From assembly GCA_947488275.1 (NCBI GenBank), contig CANKZX010000004.1, positions 1 to 57,166 on the forward strand: a stretch of 57,166 nt of DNA, given 5' to 3'. The stretch's first letter is position 1. Every line of letters begins with the position of its first letter. A program made the translations under genes and the position numbers. The notes under the pieces are model-generated. The model was given only the letters and a program-made list of their open reading frames with translations, did no database searches and had not been told where the DNA came from. This document shows positions 29,108-39,342 of the stretch, piece after piece. The DNA comes from Alphaproteobacteria bacterium. Its GTDB lineage: Bacteria; Pseudomonadota; Alphaproteobacteria; Paracaedibacterales; CAIOTO01.

Positions 29108-29237
29108 CAAATCCTAACGTTTATAAAATAACATGAAGACACATAAAGCCTATTCACATTATCATCGCTCTATACTATTCTTATCTAACGCGAAGTTGCG
29201 ACTTTTTACAACATATTTTTTTGAAAAGATTCATTTT

Positions 29238-30212
29238 ATGACACGCACAGCTGTTGTTTTATTAAATTTAGGGGGACCTGACGCCTTAACAAACGTCAAA
29301 CCATTTCTATTTAATTTATTTAATGACCCCGCTATCTTACGCATGCCAACGGTATTTCGCTATTTGCTTGCCAAACTAATATCAACGCTTCGTGCGAAAA
29401 AGGCGCAAGGCATTTATGAACGTCTTGGCGGCAAATCACCATTGCTTGACAACACAATCGATCAAAGCAATGCACTGCAACAGACCTTGCAAACACATGG
29501 AATCGATATAAAAACCTTTGTATGCATGCGTTATTGGCATCCAATGGCACCTGAAGTTGTTAAAGATGTCCATGCTTTCTCACCTGACACAATTATATTA
29601 CTCCCCCTATACCCTCAATTTTCAACGACAACAACTGAATCATCCTTTAATGATTGGCAGACGGCATGGCAAAACGCGGGACTTTCCTCCGTCCCCACAC
29701 AAACGATTGATTGTTATCCGATTGATCCATTACTCATTCGTGCTTTTACACAGCTCACCCTACCTGTCATCAAGGAAGCAGCAACATATGGAAAACCACA
29801 TGTTCTTTTTTCAGCCCACGGTCTGCCGCAGTCCGTCATTGATGCAGGCGACCCCTACCAACATCAAGTTGAGCAAACTGTACAACACATTAGCCTTTCC
29901 CTCAAACAGCAGCTTGGCGATACATTTGATACAACGATCTGTTATCAAAGCCGCGTAGGACCTAAGAAATGGCTTGAACCAGCAACAGATGTTGTTATTA
30001 AAACAATAGCAGCGCAAGGAAAGCCTATCGTTATTGTGCCTGTTGCTTTTGTGTCAGATCATTCTGAAACCCTTGTTGAACTTGACCAAGATTATCGTGA
30101 TCTTGCAACAACAAAAGGCGCCCCCTTTTATGGACGCGTCCCCAGTCTTGCGTGTCACCCTGACTTTATTGCAGCCTTAGCAGAACGTGTTATCAAAACA
30201 CTCAATAAGTAG
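29238..30212 (+). CDS. hemH: ferrochelatase
   Basis: LLNLGGP, MRYWHP, PLYPQFS, FSAHGLP, YQSRVGP, SDHSETL; start placed at ATG 29238. Confidence 0.97.
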   Translation: MTRTAVVLLNLGGPDALTNVKPFLFNLFNDPAILRMPTVFRYLLAKLISTLRAKKAQGIYERLGGKSPLLDNTIDQSNALQQTLQTHGIDIKTFVCMRYWHPMAPEVVKDVHAFSPDTIILLPLYPQFSTTTTESSFNDWQTAWQNAGLSSVPTQTIDCYPIDPLLIRAFTQLTLPVIKEAATYGKPHVLFSAHGLPQSVIDAGDPYQHQVEQTVQHISLSLKQQLGDTFDTTICYQSRVGPKKWLEPATDVVIKTIAAQGKPIVIVPVAFVSDHSETLVELDQDYRDLATTKGAPFYGRVPSLACHPDFIAALAERVIKTLNK

Positions 30213-30219
30213 ACGTATC

Positions 30220-30882
30220 TTACCCATGACCAGCTAAGAACATAACAATTGACGCTAACGCATCATAAATAGGATACAAAATATAACCAAACAAATTTAT
30301 ATGAATACCAAAAGGGTTAAGCAAAAGTGGGAACATAATTAACCCCATTATGATCAGCATACCATAACGTTCTGTTTGTGCATAAATAATCGCTAATTTT
30401 TCTGGCAACATAGCCGCTAACATGCGCCCACCGTCAAGTGGCAATATGGGTAATAAATTAAATGCTGCCAAAACAAGATTAATGCGAATAAATGCGGTTA
30501 AAAACTGATCATTAAACGTCGCCTCACCCAAGCCAATTTTTATAACCATAATCGCAAACCATGCCAAAAATAAATTAACTGCGGGTCCTGCACATGCAAC
30601 CGAAAGTAAACCGAATCGTTTAGGATACAAACGACTAAAGTCTACAGGGACAGGTTTTGCCCAACCAAACATAAATGGTGCATGGGTTAACACCATCAAC
30701 CCTGGTAAAATAAGTGTTCCCAACACATCAATATGGGCAAGTGGGTTAAATGTTAGACGCCCTTCTCGTTTTGCCGTGTCATCGCCAAAGGCATACGCCG
30801 CCATACCATGCGCCGCCTCATGCGTTGTGATCGCGATTATAAGGGCTAAAAGATACGCTATAATTTCAGAAATAGATGACAT
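30220..30882 (-). CDS. site-2 protease family (M50) protein
   Basis: HEAAH and FNLLPILPLDGG motifs. Confidence 0.95.
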   Translation of the reverse strand: MSSISEIIAYLLALIIAITTHEAAHGMAAYAFGDDTAKREGRLTFNPLAHIDVLGTLILPGLMVLTHAPFMFGWAKPVPVDFSRLYPKRFGLLSVACAGPAVNLFLAWFAIMVIKIGLGEATFNDQFLTAFIRINLVLAAFNLLPILPLDGGRMLAAMLPEKLAIIYAQTERYGMLIIMGLIMFPLLLNPFGIHINLFGYILYPIYDALASIVMFLAGHG

Positions 30883-30961
30883 TTTATTTTTCTTTTATTA
30901 TACACACAAAAAAACCCCACTTAATAAGTAGGGTCTTTTATTAAAAACAGCTAAACGATCA

Positions 30962-31213
30962 TTAAACCGTTACAGATACAAACGTGCGATCAAGACGCCC
31001 CTTTGAAAAGGACACAGCCCCTTCAACAAGTGCAAACAATGTATGATCTTTACCCATACCAACGTTATCGCCAGGGTAAAATTTCGTGCCGCGTTGACGA
31101 ACAAGAATATTACCAGCAAGTACTTGCTGACCACCAAAACGTTTTACACCGAGTCTTCTACCATCAGAATCGCGACCATTTCGGGTACTACCACCACCTT
31201 TTTTTGTTGCCAT
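30962..31213 (-). CDS. rpmA: 50S ribosomal protein L27
   Basis: [16 protein letters not shown]...RQRGT. Confidence 0.99.
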   Translation of the reverse strand: MATKKGGGSTRNGRDSDGRRLGVKRFGGQQVLAGNILVRQRGTKFYPGDNVGMGKDHTLFALVEGAVSFSKGRLDRTFVSVTV

Positions 31214-31248
31214 TATTTATCTCCCTAAAACTATATATCACTCAACCG

Positions 31249-31563
31249 TTATGCAACAACGATATTGCTGACTCTTAAAATGGTCATCGGTTGACGATGT
31301 CCCTTTTTGCGACGGTAATTATGACGACGCTTTTTCTTAAATACAATAACCTTTGGCGCACGTGCCTGAGCCACTACCGTCGCCTGAACTTTAGCACCCA
31401 CAACAACAGGCTCACCCACTGTTGCTTTTACGCCATCAAATACCATCAATACAGTATCAAGTTCAATTGTTGAACCACTGTCACCTTCAAGTTTTTCAAC
31501 TTTGATAACGCTATTTTTTTCAACGCGGTATTGCTTGCCGCCAGTCTTAACAATCGCAAACAT
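31249..31563 (-). CDS. rplU: 50S ribosomal protein L21
   Basis: [14 protein letters not shown]...GHRQ. Confidence 0.99.
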   Translation of the reverse strand: MFAIVKTGGKQYRVEKNSVIKVEKLEGDSGSTIELDTVLMVFDGVKATVGEPVVVGAKVQATVVAQARAPKVIVFKKKRRHNYRRKKGHRQPMTILRVSNIVVA

Positions 31564-31846
31564 GATTTAATTTCTTCCAAAAATTTTGTCGATAAAAATT
31601 ATGATTATCCCGTCAAAGATTTAAATGCAACAACAAGGAAAATTCCTTAAGCACAAAAACCTTAAACGTCACACACGATGAATACAATTCACAGAATGCT
31701 GTCGCATTATAGCACACATCGTACTAAAAATGAAATAAACATAACCACGTGTTTATAAAAAAATAAACACCTACAGTTTTTTCTATCGCAGATCACCAAT
31801 CTATGTCAAGATTTTTATAGTGATATTCAGAAAAAAGAGAGCGATT

Positions 31847-32113
31847 GTGCCACCCGAACAAGTAGGCGATCTCCTTCGAGAAACCATATTCATCATCTTA
31901 AAGCTCAGCACGCCATTGCTATTAACAGGGCTTGTGGTTGGCGTTATCATTTCATTAGTTCAGGCCATCATTCAGGTACAGGAACAAACCCTTACATTCG
32001 TCCCAAAGCTTTTCGCAATTTTCGCGTGCCTTATCCTATCAATGGGCTTCATGGCAAACCAACTTGTACGGTTCAGCGAACATATCTTCACAACCATAAC
32101 CAGGCTTGAGTAG
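31847..32113 (+). CDS. fliQ: flagellar export protein FliQ
   Basis: QAIIQVQEQTLTFVPKL; GTG start chosen. Confidence 0.92.
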   Translation: MPPEQVGDLLRETIFIILKLSTPLLLTGLVVGVIISLVQAIIQVQEQTLTFVPKLFAIFACLILSMGFMANQLVRFSEHIFTTITRLE

Positions 32114-32882
32114 CCCTTTGATGACCAATCATTTATTTATTACAGAGTTTATTCCTTTTTTCCTCGTCACATGCCGTGTCATTGGACTTTTCGTGAGCAT
32201 GCCCTTTTTAAGCCAAATCGAAATATCGGGACGCTTTCGCTTCTTTGCAGCACTTGGATTTGCATTTCTCATCACACCAGTACTATCCTTATCCGTTGAT
32301 GTTACAATGAATTTCACCACTATTGGCATTTATGCCGTACGTGAGATTTTTATTGGTTTTTTCATTGGCATGATTGGACGAACACTCTTGATGATTATGG
32401 ATATTGCAGGTTCAATGATCAGCACACAAATTGGATTATCCAGCGCCACCATTTTAAACCCAGGCTTTGCAAGCCAAGGCGCCCTCACCTCTCTCATTAT
32501 GGTATTATTTGGCACAGCCATCTTCTTATCCCTTGACCTTCACCATTTGATGTTTCGCGGCCTTGTGCAAAGTTATCACTTATTTCCCATCAACAAGCCC
32601 CTTATGATGGATGATATAACGAAAGGATATATTCAGCTTTTCTCAACGGTCTTTTGGATTGGCATTCAATTATCAACGCCATTCACAATTGCGTTTATCG
32701 TTATCCAAGTTTGTTTTGGATTGATGAACCGCATGATCCCCCAGATGCAAATATTTTTTGTTTCGTTACCTTTTCAAATATGGGCAGGGCTCACAATTAT
32801 GCTCCTTATAGGGGGCGCGATGCTCCTTAGTTTTGGCAAAACATTCGATCACGAATTTCGCACATTTTTCAGTTTAGGATAA
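32106..32882 (+). CDS. fliR: flagellar export protein FliR
   Basis: REIFIG, AGSMISTQIGL, LDLHH, RMIPQMQIFFVSLP. Confidence 0.92.
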   Translation: MSSPLMTNHLFITEFIPFFLVTCRVIGLFVSMPFLSQIEISGRFRFFAALGFAFLITPVLSLSVDVTMNFTTIGIYAVREIFIGFFIGMIGRTLLMIMDIAGSMISTQIGLSSATILNPGFASQGALTSLIMVLFGTAIFLSLDLHHLMFRGLVQSYHLFPINKPLMMDDITKGYIQLFSTVFWIGIQLSTPFTIAFIVIQVCFGLMNRMIPQMQIFFVSLPFQIWAGLTIMLLIGGAMLLSFGKTFDHEFRTFFSLG

Positions 32883-34235
32883 GATAAAAGGTGTTAACCC
32901 ACCATTTAACCGACTAAGCGGCGCTGATTCTGGTGCAACCCTTTTATGCCATTCAATACGTCCAAAATGCCCACACGATGTACAATAGGCATCCCATGTC
33001 GAAACACCATGACCACAATGTTGACATGACCAATCCCATTCATGATGAACGGTTTCTTTTTTCTGATGCCAAAAATCAGCCTTAAACGGTTGATCAGGAT
33101 ATTCACGCGCCTCAATTTCAGTCATTAATGTATAAACACTCATCGTTGGCATATCATGCAAGAGTGGCGCAATATGATGCCGTGCCTGCCCCCATAAATC
33201 AGCATCTAAGGCAGCCTTAGCCAACAGCCAATAACTTTCATCATGTTCTGGATGATGCACGGTCAATTTCACAATTTTTTGATAGGATTCAATCGCTGTT
33301 TTTGGTTGATGAATATGCAACCACGCCTCTCCAACTAACCGATGAGGCGCCACCTTAAATGTACGTTGCAACACACGAATTGCTTTATGTTTATGGTGAT
33401 GATTAAAAAGTGCATAGGCCAATGTCGTCGCAATAACAGGATTCGCTGGCAACACACTATGCGCCATCTTTAACACATCCAAACGTTCAGCATCCGTCAA
33501 TGTTACATGGGAATTATGTTTTAGTTTTATCCACAACAGTAACCCTTGATGATTCTGTGCACTTGATTTGGAAAGATGCCTGTAAAATGGCAGCATATCA
33601 ACAGCCGTATTATGGGTATCAATCAATGCCAACTTTAACGAATTAATCTCCAGTTGTTTTAATACCCACGGTGAATCAGGACGTATTTCATAAAGCTGAA
33701 GCAACGTTGCCTGCACACGCGTCCAGTCTTTGCGATCCATCGCCAACATTGCCGTTCCACGCAAGCCTAAAAAGCGCAATTGCTGATGTTCAGCCATCAA
33801 TGCGAATGTACTTTGCGCCAACGCAAAATCTTGATTTAAATAACTCGTTTGCCCTGTCAGAAAAAGAGCAAGTGGATGATTTGGTGATAACCCACGGGCT
33901 AAATCAGCGGCACTCTGCGCTTCATCAGGTTGTTGGGCTGCAATCGCTGTAAACCCTTCAATAACCACGTCTTCAAATTTCTTAATGCGCCGTTTTTGGA
34001 AAAATACTTTTGTGCGCCCTGGAATACCTGTAAACCAATGCCAGCATTGATATACAAAAATCAAAATAGCCATAATCCCAAAAAGAATCCCCAATAACAA
34101 AGCAATCGGCATGGTTGCCTTATAGCCAAACCATTGAAATGTAAATTCCCCTGGATATACAATAAAGAAGACAGCAAGCCCACAGATAAGCGCAAGCTTT
34201 AAAAAGAAACGGGTTCCATGAAGAATACGCATCAA
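32874..34235 (-). CDS. hemY: HemY-like membrane-anchored TPR protein
   Basis: Two N-terminal TM segments, FLGLRG, helical repeats, C-terminal WxCxxC...CxxC; synteny with hemD. Confidence 0.85.
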   Translation of the reverse strand: MMRILHGTRFFLKLALICGLAVFFIVYPGEFTFQWFGYKATMPIALLLGILFGIMAILIFVYQCWHWFTGIPGRTKVFFQKRRIKKFEDVVIEGFTAIAAQQPDEAQSAADLARGLSPNHPLALFLTGQTSYLNQDFALAQSTFALMAEHQQLRFLGLRGTAMLAMDRKDWTRVQATLLQLYEIRPDSPWVLKQLEINSLKLALIDTHNTAVDMLPFYRHLSKSSAQNHQGLLLWIKLKHNSHVTLTDAERLDVLKMAHSVLPANPVIATTLAYALFNHHHKHKAIRVLQRTFKVAPHRLVGEAWLHIHQPKTAIESYQKIVKLTVHHPEHDESYWLLAKAALDADLWGQARHHIAPLLHDMPTMSVYTLMTEIEAREYPDQPFKADFWHQKKETVHHEWDWSCQHCGHGVSTWDAYCTSCGHFGRIEWHKRVAPESAPLSRLNGGLTPFILS

Positions 34236-35278
34236 CCAGCACCTTTCATGAGGAGTGGTTCAAGATGACGCTGCAAATGATCTATTTTCTGTTGGAGTGA
34301 CAACCTAGCGTCAGCTTCAACCAACCATTGATCAAATACAGGCTTTGCGTCAAACTCGTGTATTCGAATTTCTTTTATTGCTTTATCAAACTCTTGGCGT
34401 TCAATGAAATCAAGCGCATGATCAATTGATGCAATAATCGTCGCTTTTTTAGTAGGATCCGATGAAGCAACACTCCCCATATCCATGCGCTCAAAACGAA
34501 CCAATCGTTTTATTTTATACCATAAAACGTCCCACCATGATGCATGGTTCCAATCAATCACAATGCTACTTGTTTGCGTCAATTGTTCTTTAATTAACCG
34601 CAAATCACGCACCAATACGTCAAACGTTCGTGTTTCACGGGATGCACAATCGACCAGTGGATGCACAGCTAATAATAAATCCTTATTCGTACTCATGTAA
34701 GGTTTTAGGGCATGCAATTCTTTTTCAAACGATTCACCCTTTTGAACGCGCACCAATAATGCATGCCACGATACACCAAGCTCTGTCGATGGAACAGGCG
34801 CCATTGCTGGCTGACGATTTGCCTGAAGCTGACCTTTTAATGTCTTAACCTCCTCTGACAATGCCTGTACGCTCTCTTTTAAAGCAATAATTTCACTATT
34901 TGTTTTAAGTGATAAATCCGTCAATTGCTTACCTCTCTCCTCATGCAAAAGGTGAACACGTTCAAGTTCAGTTTTTATAAAGGGTATACGACTAACGGAT
35001 GGAAAAAGAAAATGCTCTACTTCAGTTTTAAAGGAACTAATTAAAACAAAAAATAAAGCACCTATACTTAAATTTACACCAAAAATCATCAATAAAACAT
35101 TAATAAATGAATGGATATTTACCTTTTTATGTAAATTATGAGCCTGTTTATTCAATTTATCCGCATAAACGTGCGCCTTTGTGTGATGTACCTTCTCAGC
35201 CGTTGCTTGATCGTTCCCCGTATCATCGTGCGATAGCGGCGCAACAACCTGATCTAACTCTTTTTCCATTATGTACAA
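34232..35278 (-). CDS. COG4223/mitofilin-like (alphaproteobacterial Mic60) protein
   Basis: Single TM, coiled coil, GESFEKEL, WW..L..LVRFER, WLVEADARL; lies between hemD and hemY. Confidence 0.72.
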   Translation of the reverse strand: MYIMEKELDQVVAPLSHDDTGNDQATAEKVHHTKAHVYADKLNKQAHNLHKKVNIHSFINVLLMIFGVNLSIGALFFVLISSFKTEVEHFLFPSVSRIPFIKTELERVHLLHEERGKQLTDLSLKTNSEIIALKESVQALSEEVKTLKGQLQANRQPAMAPVPSTELGVSWHALLVRVQKGESFEKELHALKPYMSTNKDLLLAVHPLVDCASRETRTFDVLVRDLRLIKEQLTQTSSIVIDWNHASWWDVLWYKIKRLVRFERMDMGSVASSDPTKKATIIASIDHALDFIERQEFDKAIKEIRIHEFDAKPVFDQWLVEADARLSLQQKIDHLQRHLEPLLMKGAG

Positions 35279-35988
35279 CCCTTAACGCTTTGCTTGTCTT
35301 TTAAAATAGCGATTAATTCGCTGGATGTCGATGCTATGTAAACATTTTTCCATAAATGCTTTGAAATAATGTCCGCAATTGCAGGACTAAGGCACAAGGC
35401 GACTATTGATGGCGTGAATGATAGAACGCTATGTGCACGTAATAAATCAAGCGTTATCAACGCACTTTTTTCTGAATAAAACGTAATTGCCTGAATCTCA
35501 TTTTTATGAAAAAGAGCGATTGTTTCATCTGCCCACTGCACCACGGGCACTGTTTTATACACGCAAAACGAATCAACAATCATAAAATCACTGCATTTAG
35601 CTGCTATATCCATTTTGATTGTCGCCCCGTGAAAATAGGCAACACGATCAAATGCAAACATTTTCAGGTAATTCACAATTCCCGCAGCACCAGGTGTTTC
35701 GGCGCAATGGACGATGCGAAAACCATATTCACGAGCAACCTCCGCCGACATGAAGCCCGCACAAAATAAGGGGATATCACGACGCACTGTCATCTCAACA
35801 AGGCAATCAATACCCGACATAGATGTTGTAATAAAAGCATCATAATGATCAAAATCAACTAATTCGAAAACAGGCATCATAACCGTCGTCATAACGGGGG
35901 CAATCCAGGTTAATACTTCATGAGTATCAGCAAGACGCTGCATACGTTCAGCCTGTTTTAGCGGGCGTGTGATCAATAATCGCTGCAT
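35269..35988 (-). CDS. hemD: uroporphyrinogen-III synthase
   Basis: LLITRP, ITTS, VYKT, ITFYS, CLSPAIA. Confidence 0.85.
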   Translation of the reverse strand: MQRLLITRPLKQAERMQRLADTHEVLTWIAPVMTTVMMPVFELVDFDHYDAFITTSMSGIDCLVEMTVRRDIPLFCAGFMSAEVAREYGFRIVHCAETPGAAGIVNYLKMFAFDRVAYFHGATIKMDIAAKCSDFMIVDSFCVYKTVPVVQWADETIALFHKNEIQAITFYSEKSALITLDLLRAHSVLSFTPSIVALCLSPAIADIISKHLWKNVYIASTSSELIAILKDKQSVKGCT

Positions 35989-36285
35989 AATGTTGGGTTA
36001 ACTCCATTCCACCTCATTGAACCATTTCTCGATTAACAGATCAAGGAAAGCCTGTGATGAATACAGATATATATATGCATCTATCCAATAACTTTTTTAT
36101 GCCTTACTTTTATGCCTTACAAAGTTACTATCATTGCCTTTTTATCTTGTTGAACAACTTAAACGTTTGATACCTATCGAGGCGGTAACTGTAAAAAATT
36201 AATATTGCCTTTTTGATCCATTGATTTTCACCGCACAGATGACCTAAACTAACATTACTATATATAATTATTTTTGAGGTGTTTT

Positions 36286-36993
36286 GTGTCGCAGCGACGC
36301 TCCCAAGTCGAAATTATTCGCTTCGATCATGTAAGTTTATATTACCCATCGGGTGCACCTGTTTTTTATAACTTAAATTTCTCCTTTTATTCATCAGGAT
36401 TTTATTTTCTAACAGGGGCAAGCGGTGCAGGCAAAACATCCATGATGAAGCTTATTTATCGTGATTTAAAACCATCTGAGGGACTTGTCACCGTTTTTGG
36501 ACGCGATGTTACATCCCTTAGTAACGCCGAACTTCCTTTGTTTAGACAAAAAATGGGACTTGTGTTTCAGGACTGCCGTTTACTGCCACACCTCAGTGTT
36601 CTTGACAATGTCGCACTAGCTCTTCGTATTACAGGTATGGATTTAAAACGTGCACGCAATTATGGGAAAGAACTACTTTACTGGGTTGGCTTAGGTGATC
36701 ATTTAAATTACTTGCCCAATAGTCTATCCGATGGTCAAAAACAACGCGTTGGCATTGCACGTGCGGTTATCACACGACCACTCCTTTTACTTGCGGACGA
36801 ACCAACAGGCAATGTCGATGATAAAGCGGCTTTTAAACTGATGCAATTATTTGAAGAACTCAATAAAATTGGTACAACAATTTTGGTCGCAACGCATAAC
36901 CGAAGCTTAGTTGATTCGTTTAGTCATCCAGAATTGCATTTATCACAAGGACAATTATCCATTAATTATCCAAAGAATGCTCGTAGTGCTTAA
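36286..36993 (+). CDS. ftsE: cell division ATP-binding protein FtsE
   Basis: FYFLTGASGAGKT, VFQDCRLL, LLADEPTGN, VATH; adjacent to ftsX. Confidence 0.95.
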   Translation: MSQRRSQVEIIRFDHVSLYYPSGAPVFYNLNFSFYSSGFYFLTGASGAGKTSMMKLIYRDLKPSEGLVTVFGRDVTSLSNAELPLFRQKMGLVFQDCRLLPHLSVLDNVALALRITGMDLKRARNYGKELLYWVGLGDHLNYLPNSLSDGQKQRVGIARAVITRPLLLLADEPTGNVDDKAAFKLMQLFEELNKIGTTILVATHNRSLVDSFSHPELHLSQGQLSINYPKNARSA

Positions 36994-37028
36994 ACGCGAA
37001 ACCATACAAAACGTTCAATAAAAAGGGA

Positions 37029-38009
37029 ATGCAAATGACAAAGAAAATCGAAAAACCTTCTTATGTCTTACGTGATATTCCACTTGACCAAGAATCTGGA
37101 AGACGTCACATCCCTGTGCTGATGGGATTATTGGTCTTTTTACTCATTATTGTTTTCACAGCCGCTATTACGATTGGTAGCGCGCTTCATAAATGGCAAA
37201 ATCCAGGTGGACAAAAAGTCACAATTGAAATTTTGGAAGGCAATACCGTAGCAGCATTAACACAAACAGGTGCATCTACCACCCCCATCTCTGCCGAACA
37301 AGCAGCCCTTACCCCTAACAATACCCCCATTGATATCGAGAAAATTAAAAATACCCTTCGCACCATACCAGGGGTATCGTCTTTTGAAGTTCTTGATCAT
37401 GAAAAGTTAATGTTATTATTGCAACCCTGGGTTGGTGATACTGGAAATTTAACAGACTTAAAAATGCCTCTTTTAATTGATGTTGAACTAGATACACGTG
37501 TACCATTTCAGGTATCGGAAGCGCATCGCATCTTAAGCCAGGTTGCCCCTGGTGTGCGTATTGAATCCCATGCAAAGTGGCAGCAAACACTTGTTACATT
37601 AGCGCAATCCCTTCGAGCGCTTTCCTACATCATTATCGGCTTTATTGCCTTAACAATTTTTGTGATTGTCAGCCTTATGACACGAGCATCGCTTAATGTG
37701 CACAGCGATATTATTAACGTATTACGCTTAATGGGTGCCCGAAATCGCTATATTGCCAGCTATTTTCAAAATAGTTCTTTTTGGTTATGCCTGAAAGGGG
37801 GTGCAATCGGTCTTCTAGCAGCCATTCCAACCGTTATCTTTATGGGATGGCTATCACGCCACCTTGGTATGCCTAAATTCTTTACAGCTGAACCTGCAAC
37901 GGGCGCATGGGTTTTTATTTTGCTTCTTCCCATTATGATAGCATGTGTGGGGATGCTTGTCTCACGCCTGGCTGTCATTGGCACGTTGATGCGACTTGAT
38001 GCAGCATGA
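37029..38009 (+). CDS. ftsX: cell division permease FtsX
   Basis: 4-TM topology with periplasmic domain; INVLRLMGARNRYIA. Confidence 0.88.
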   Translation: MQMTKKIEKPSYVLRDIPLDQESGRRHIPVLMGLLVFLLIIVFTAAITIGSALHKWQNPGGQKVTIEILEGNTVAALTQTGASTTPISAEQAALTPNNTPIDIEKIKNTLRTIPGVSSFEVLDHEKLMLLLQPWVGDTGNLTDLKMPLLIDVELDTRVPFQVSEAHRILSQVAPGVRIESHAKWQQTLVTLAQSLRALSYIIIGFIALTIFVIVSLMTRASLNVHSDIINVLRLMGARNRYIASYFQNSSFWLCLKGGAIGLLAAIPTVIFMGWLSRHLGMPKFFTAEPATGAWVFILLLPIMIACVGMLVSRLAVIGTLMRLDAA

Positions 38010-38584
38010 TCTCCCTTATTCCCTTTGCACGTCGTCTTTGTTTAGCCTTGTTTGCTTTTTTAATAGCATGGCTAATAGGATTTATTATCTTTATAGCAAC
38101 ACTTCCCAAACATCCTAATGATACTCAACACATTGCCGATGCCATCGTCGTGTTAACAGGTGGAAAAGGTCGTGTTGAAGTTGGAATAGCACTATTTGAC
38201 ACAGGACTTGGTAAACGTCTTTTTATTTCTGGTGTTTTTAAAGGCGTCAATGCAAAAACACTCGCCTCCAAACAGGATGTCCCCAATGCACTCTATACAC
38301 GCTTGTCCGATATGGAATTAGGATATGAAGCCAATAATACCGTTCAAAATGCCATTGAAACAGCCAAATGGGCAAAAGAAAATAACATTAAATCCATACG
38401 TCTTGTCACAGGCAATTATCATATTCGCCGCAGCATCATTGAATTCAAACGCATGTTACCTGATGTCACCGTAATTGGACACCCTGTACCCTTTAAACAC
38501 ATCATGTCACGTAAAGCTATTTGGCTTATGTGGAATGAGTATTTAAAATTAAACTATGTATGGGCGCAGGGCGTTTTTAGTTGA
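38006..38584 (+). CDS. YdcF/DUF218 family protein
   Basis: DAIVVLTGG, LFISGV, NTVQNA, LVTGNYHIRR, EYLK. Confidence 0.92.
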   Translation: MISLIPFARRLCLALFAFLIAWLIGFIIFIATLPKHPNDTQHIADAIVVLTGGKGRVEVGIALFDTGLGKRLFISGVFKGVNAKTLASKQDVPNALYTRLSDMELGYEANNTVQNAIETAKWAKENNIKSIRLVTGNYHIRRSIIEFKRMLPDVTVIGHPVPFKHIMSRKAIWLMWNEYLKLNYVWAQGVFS

Positions 38585-38585
38585 A

Positions 38586-39146
38586 TTATAGTGAAAGACA
38601 TATACTCCTTATCGAGGTTTTTGCATAAAGATTAATAATGTCAACAGCGCTTTGTCCTACATCACTTACAAGAACATTTCTTTCAAGTGTTTGCGCCAAT
38701 AAATCCATTGCTTTTTGAAAGTCAGTTATTCCTTTTTCATACAAACGTTGTTGATGAAACGTGTAGCCTTGCACGAGATGTTCTTTTAGAATGCTGGATG
38801 CCCACTTTCGGAATTGAGTGGCACGTTTAGAATTTACACGATAACCAATAGCTATAATCGCATCTAAGTTATATAATTCCAAATTTCTCTTAACATCACG
38901 TGTGCCTTCTGTTTGAACTATTTCCAAATTGGAAACAGTTGACTCTCGTGACAGCTCATCTGTGTTATATATATTTTTTAAATGTTTGTGAATGGCTGGT
39001 TTTTGAACATCAAATAGTTCAGAAATTTGTGCAAGCGTTAACCAAACTGTATCGTTATCCAATTTCACTTGGAGAGTAACATCACCTGAATCAGTTTTAA
39101 AAATCACAAGGTCTTGTTGAGTAGGTGTCATTGTTTGGAATTTCAT
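38586..39146 (-). pseudogene. RhuM-family protein, probably C-terminally truncated
   Basis: TVWLTLAQISELF, YNLDAIIAIGYRVNSKRATQFRKWA; ends abruptly after YAKT against the converging gene. Confidence 0.65.
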
Positions 39147-39342
39147 TCAAATTGTCTACATGAAATATAAGATGTTAAACAAAGACTATCAATAATTTTG
39201 TTTTTTATATTTATACCTATTTTTAATGAGACAAAAAGCTTCTATTTAGTACGCCTTAGATTAATAAATTGTCTTGCGATTTTTGCAAAAAAATCCATAT
39301 TGTGCATTAGAGTTACGCATTATAAAAAAGAAAAGGAATCGT

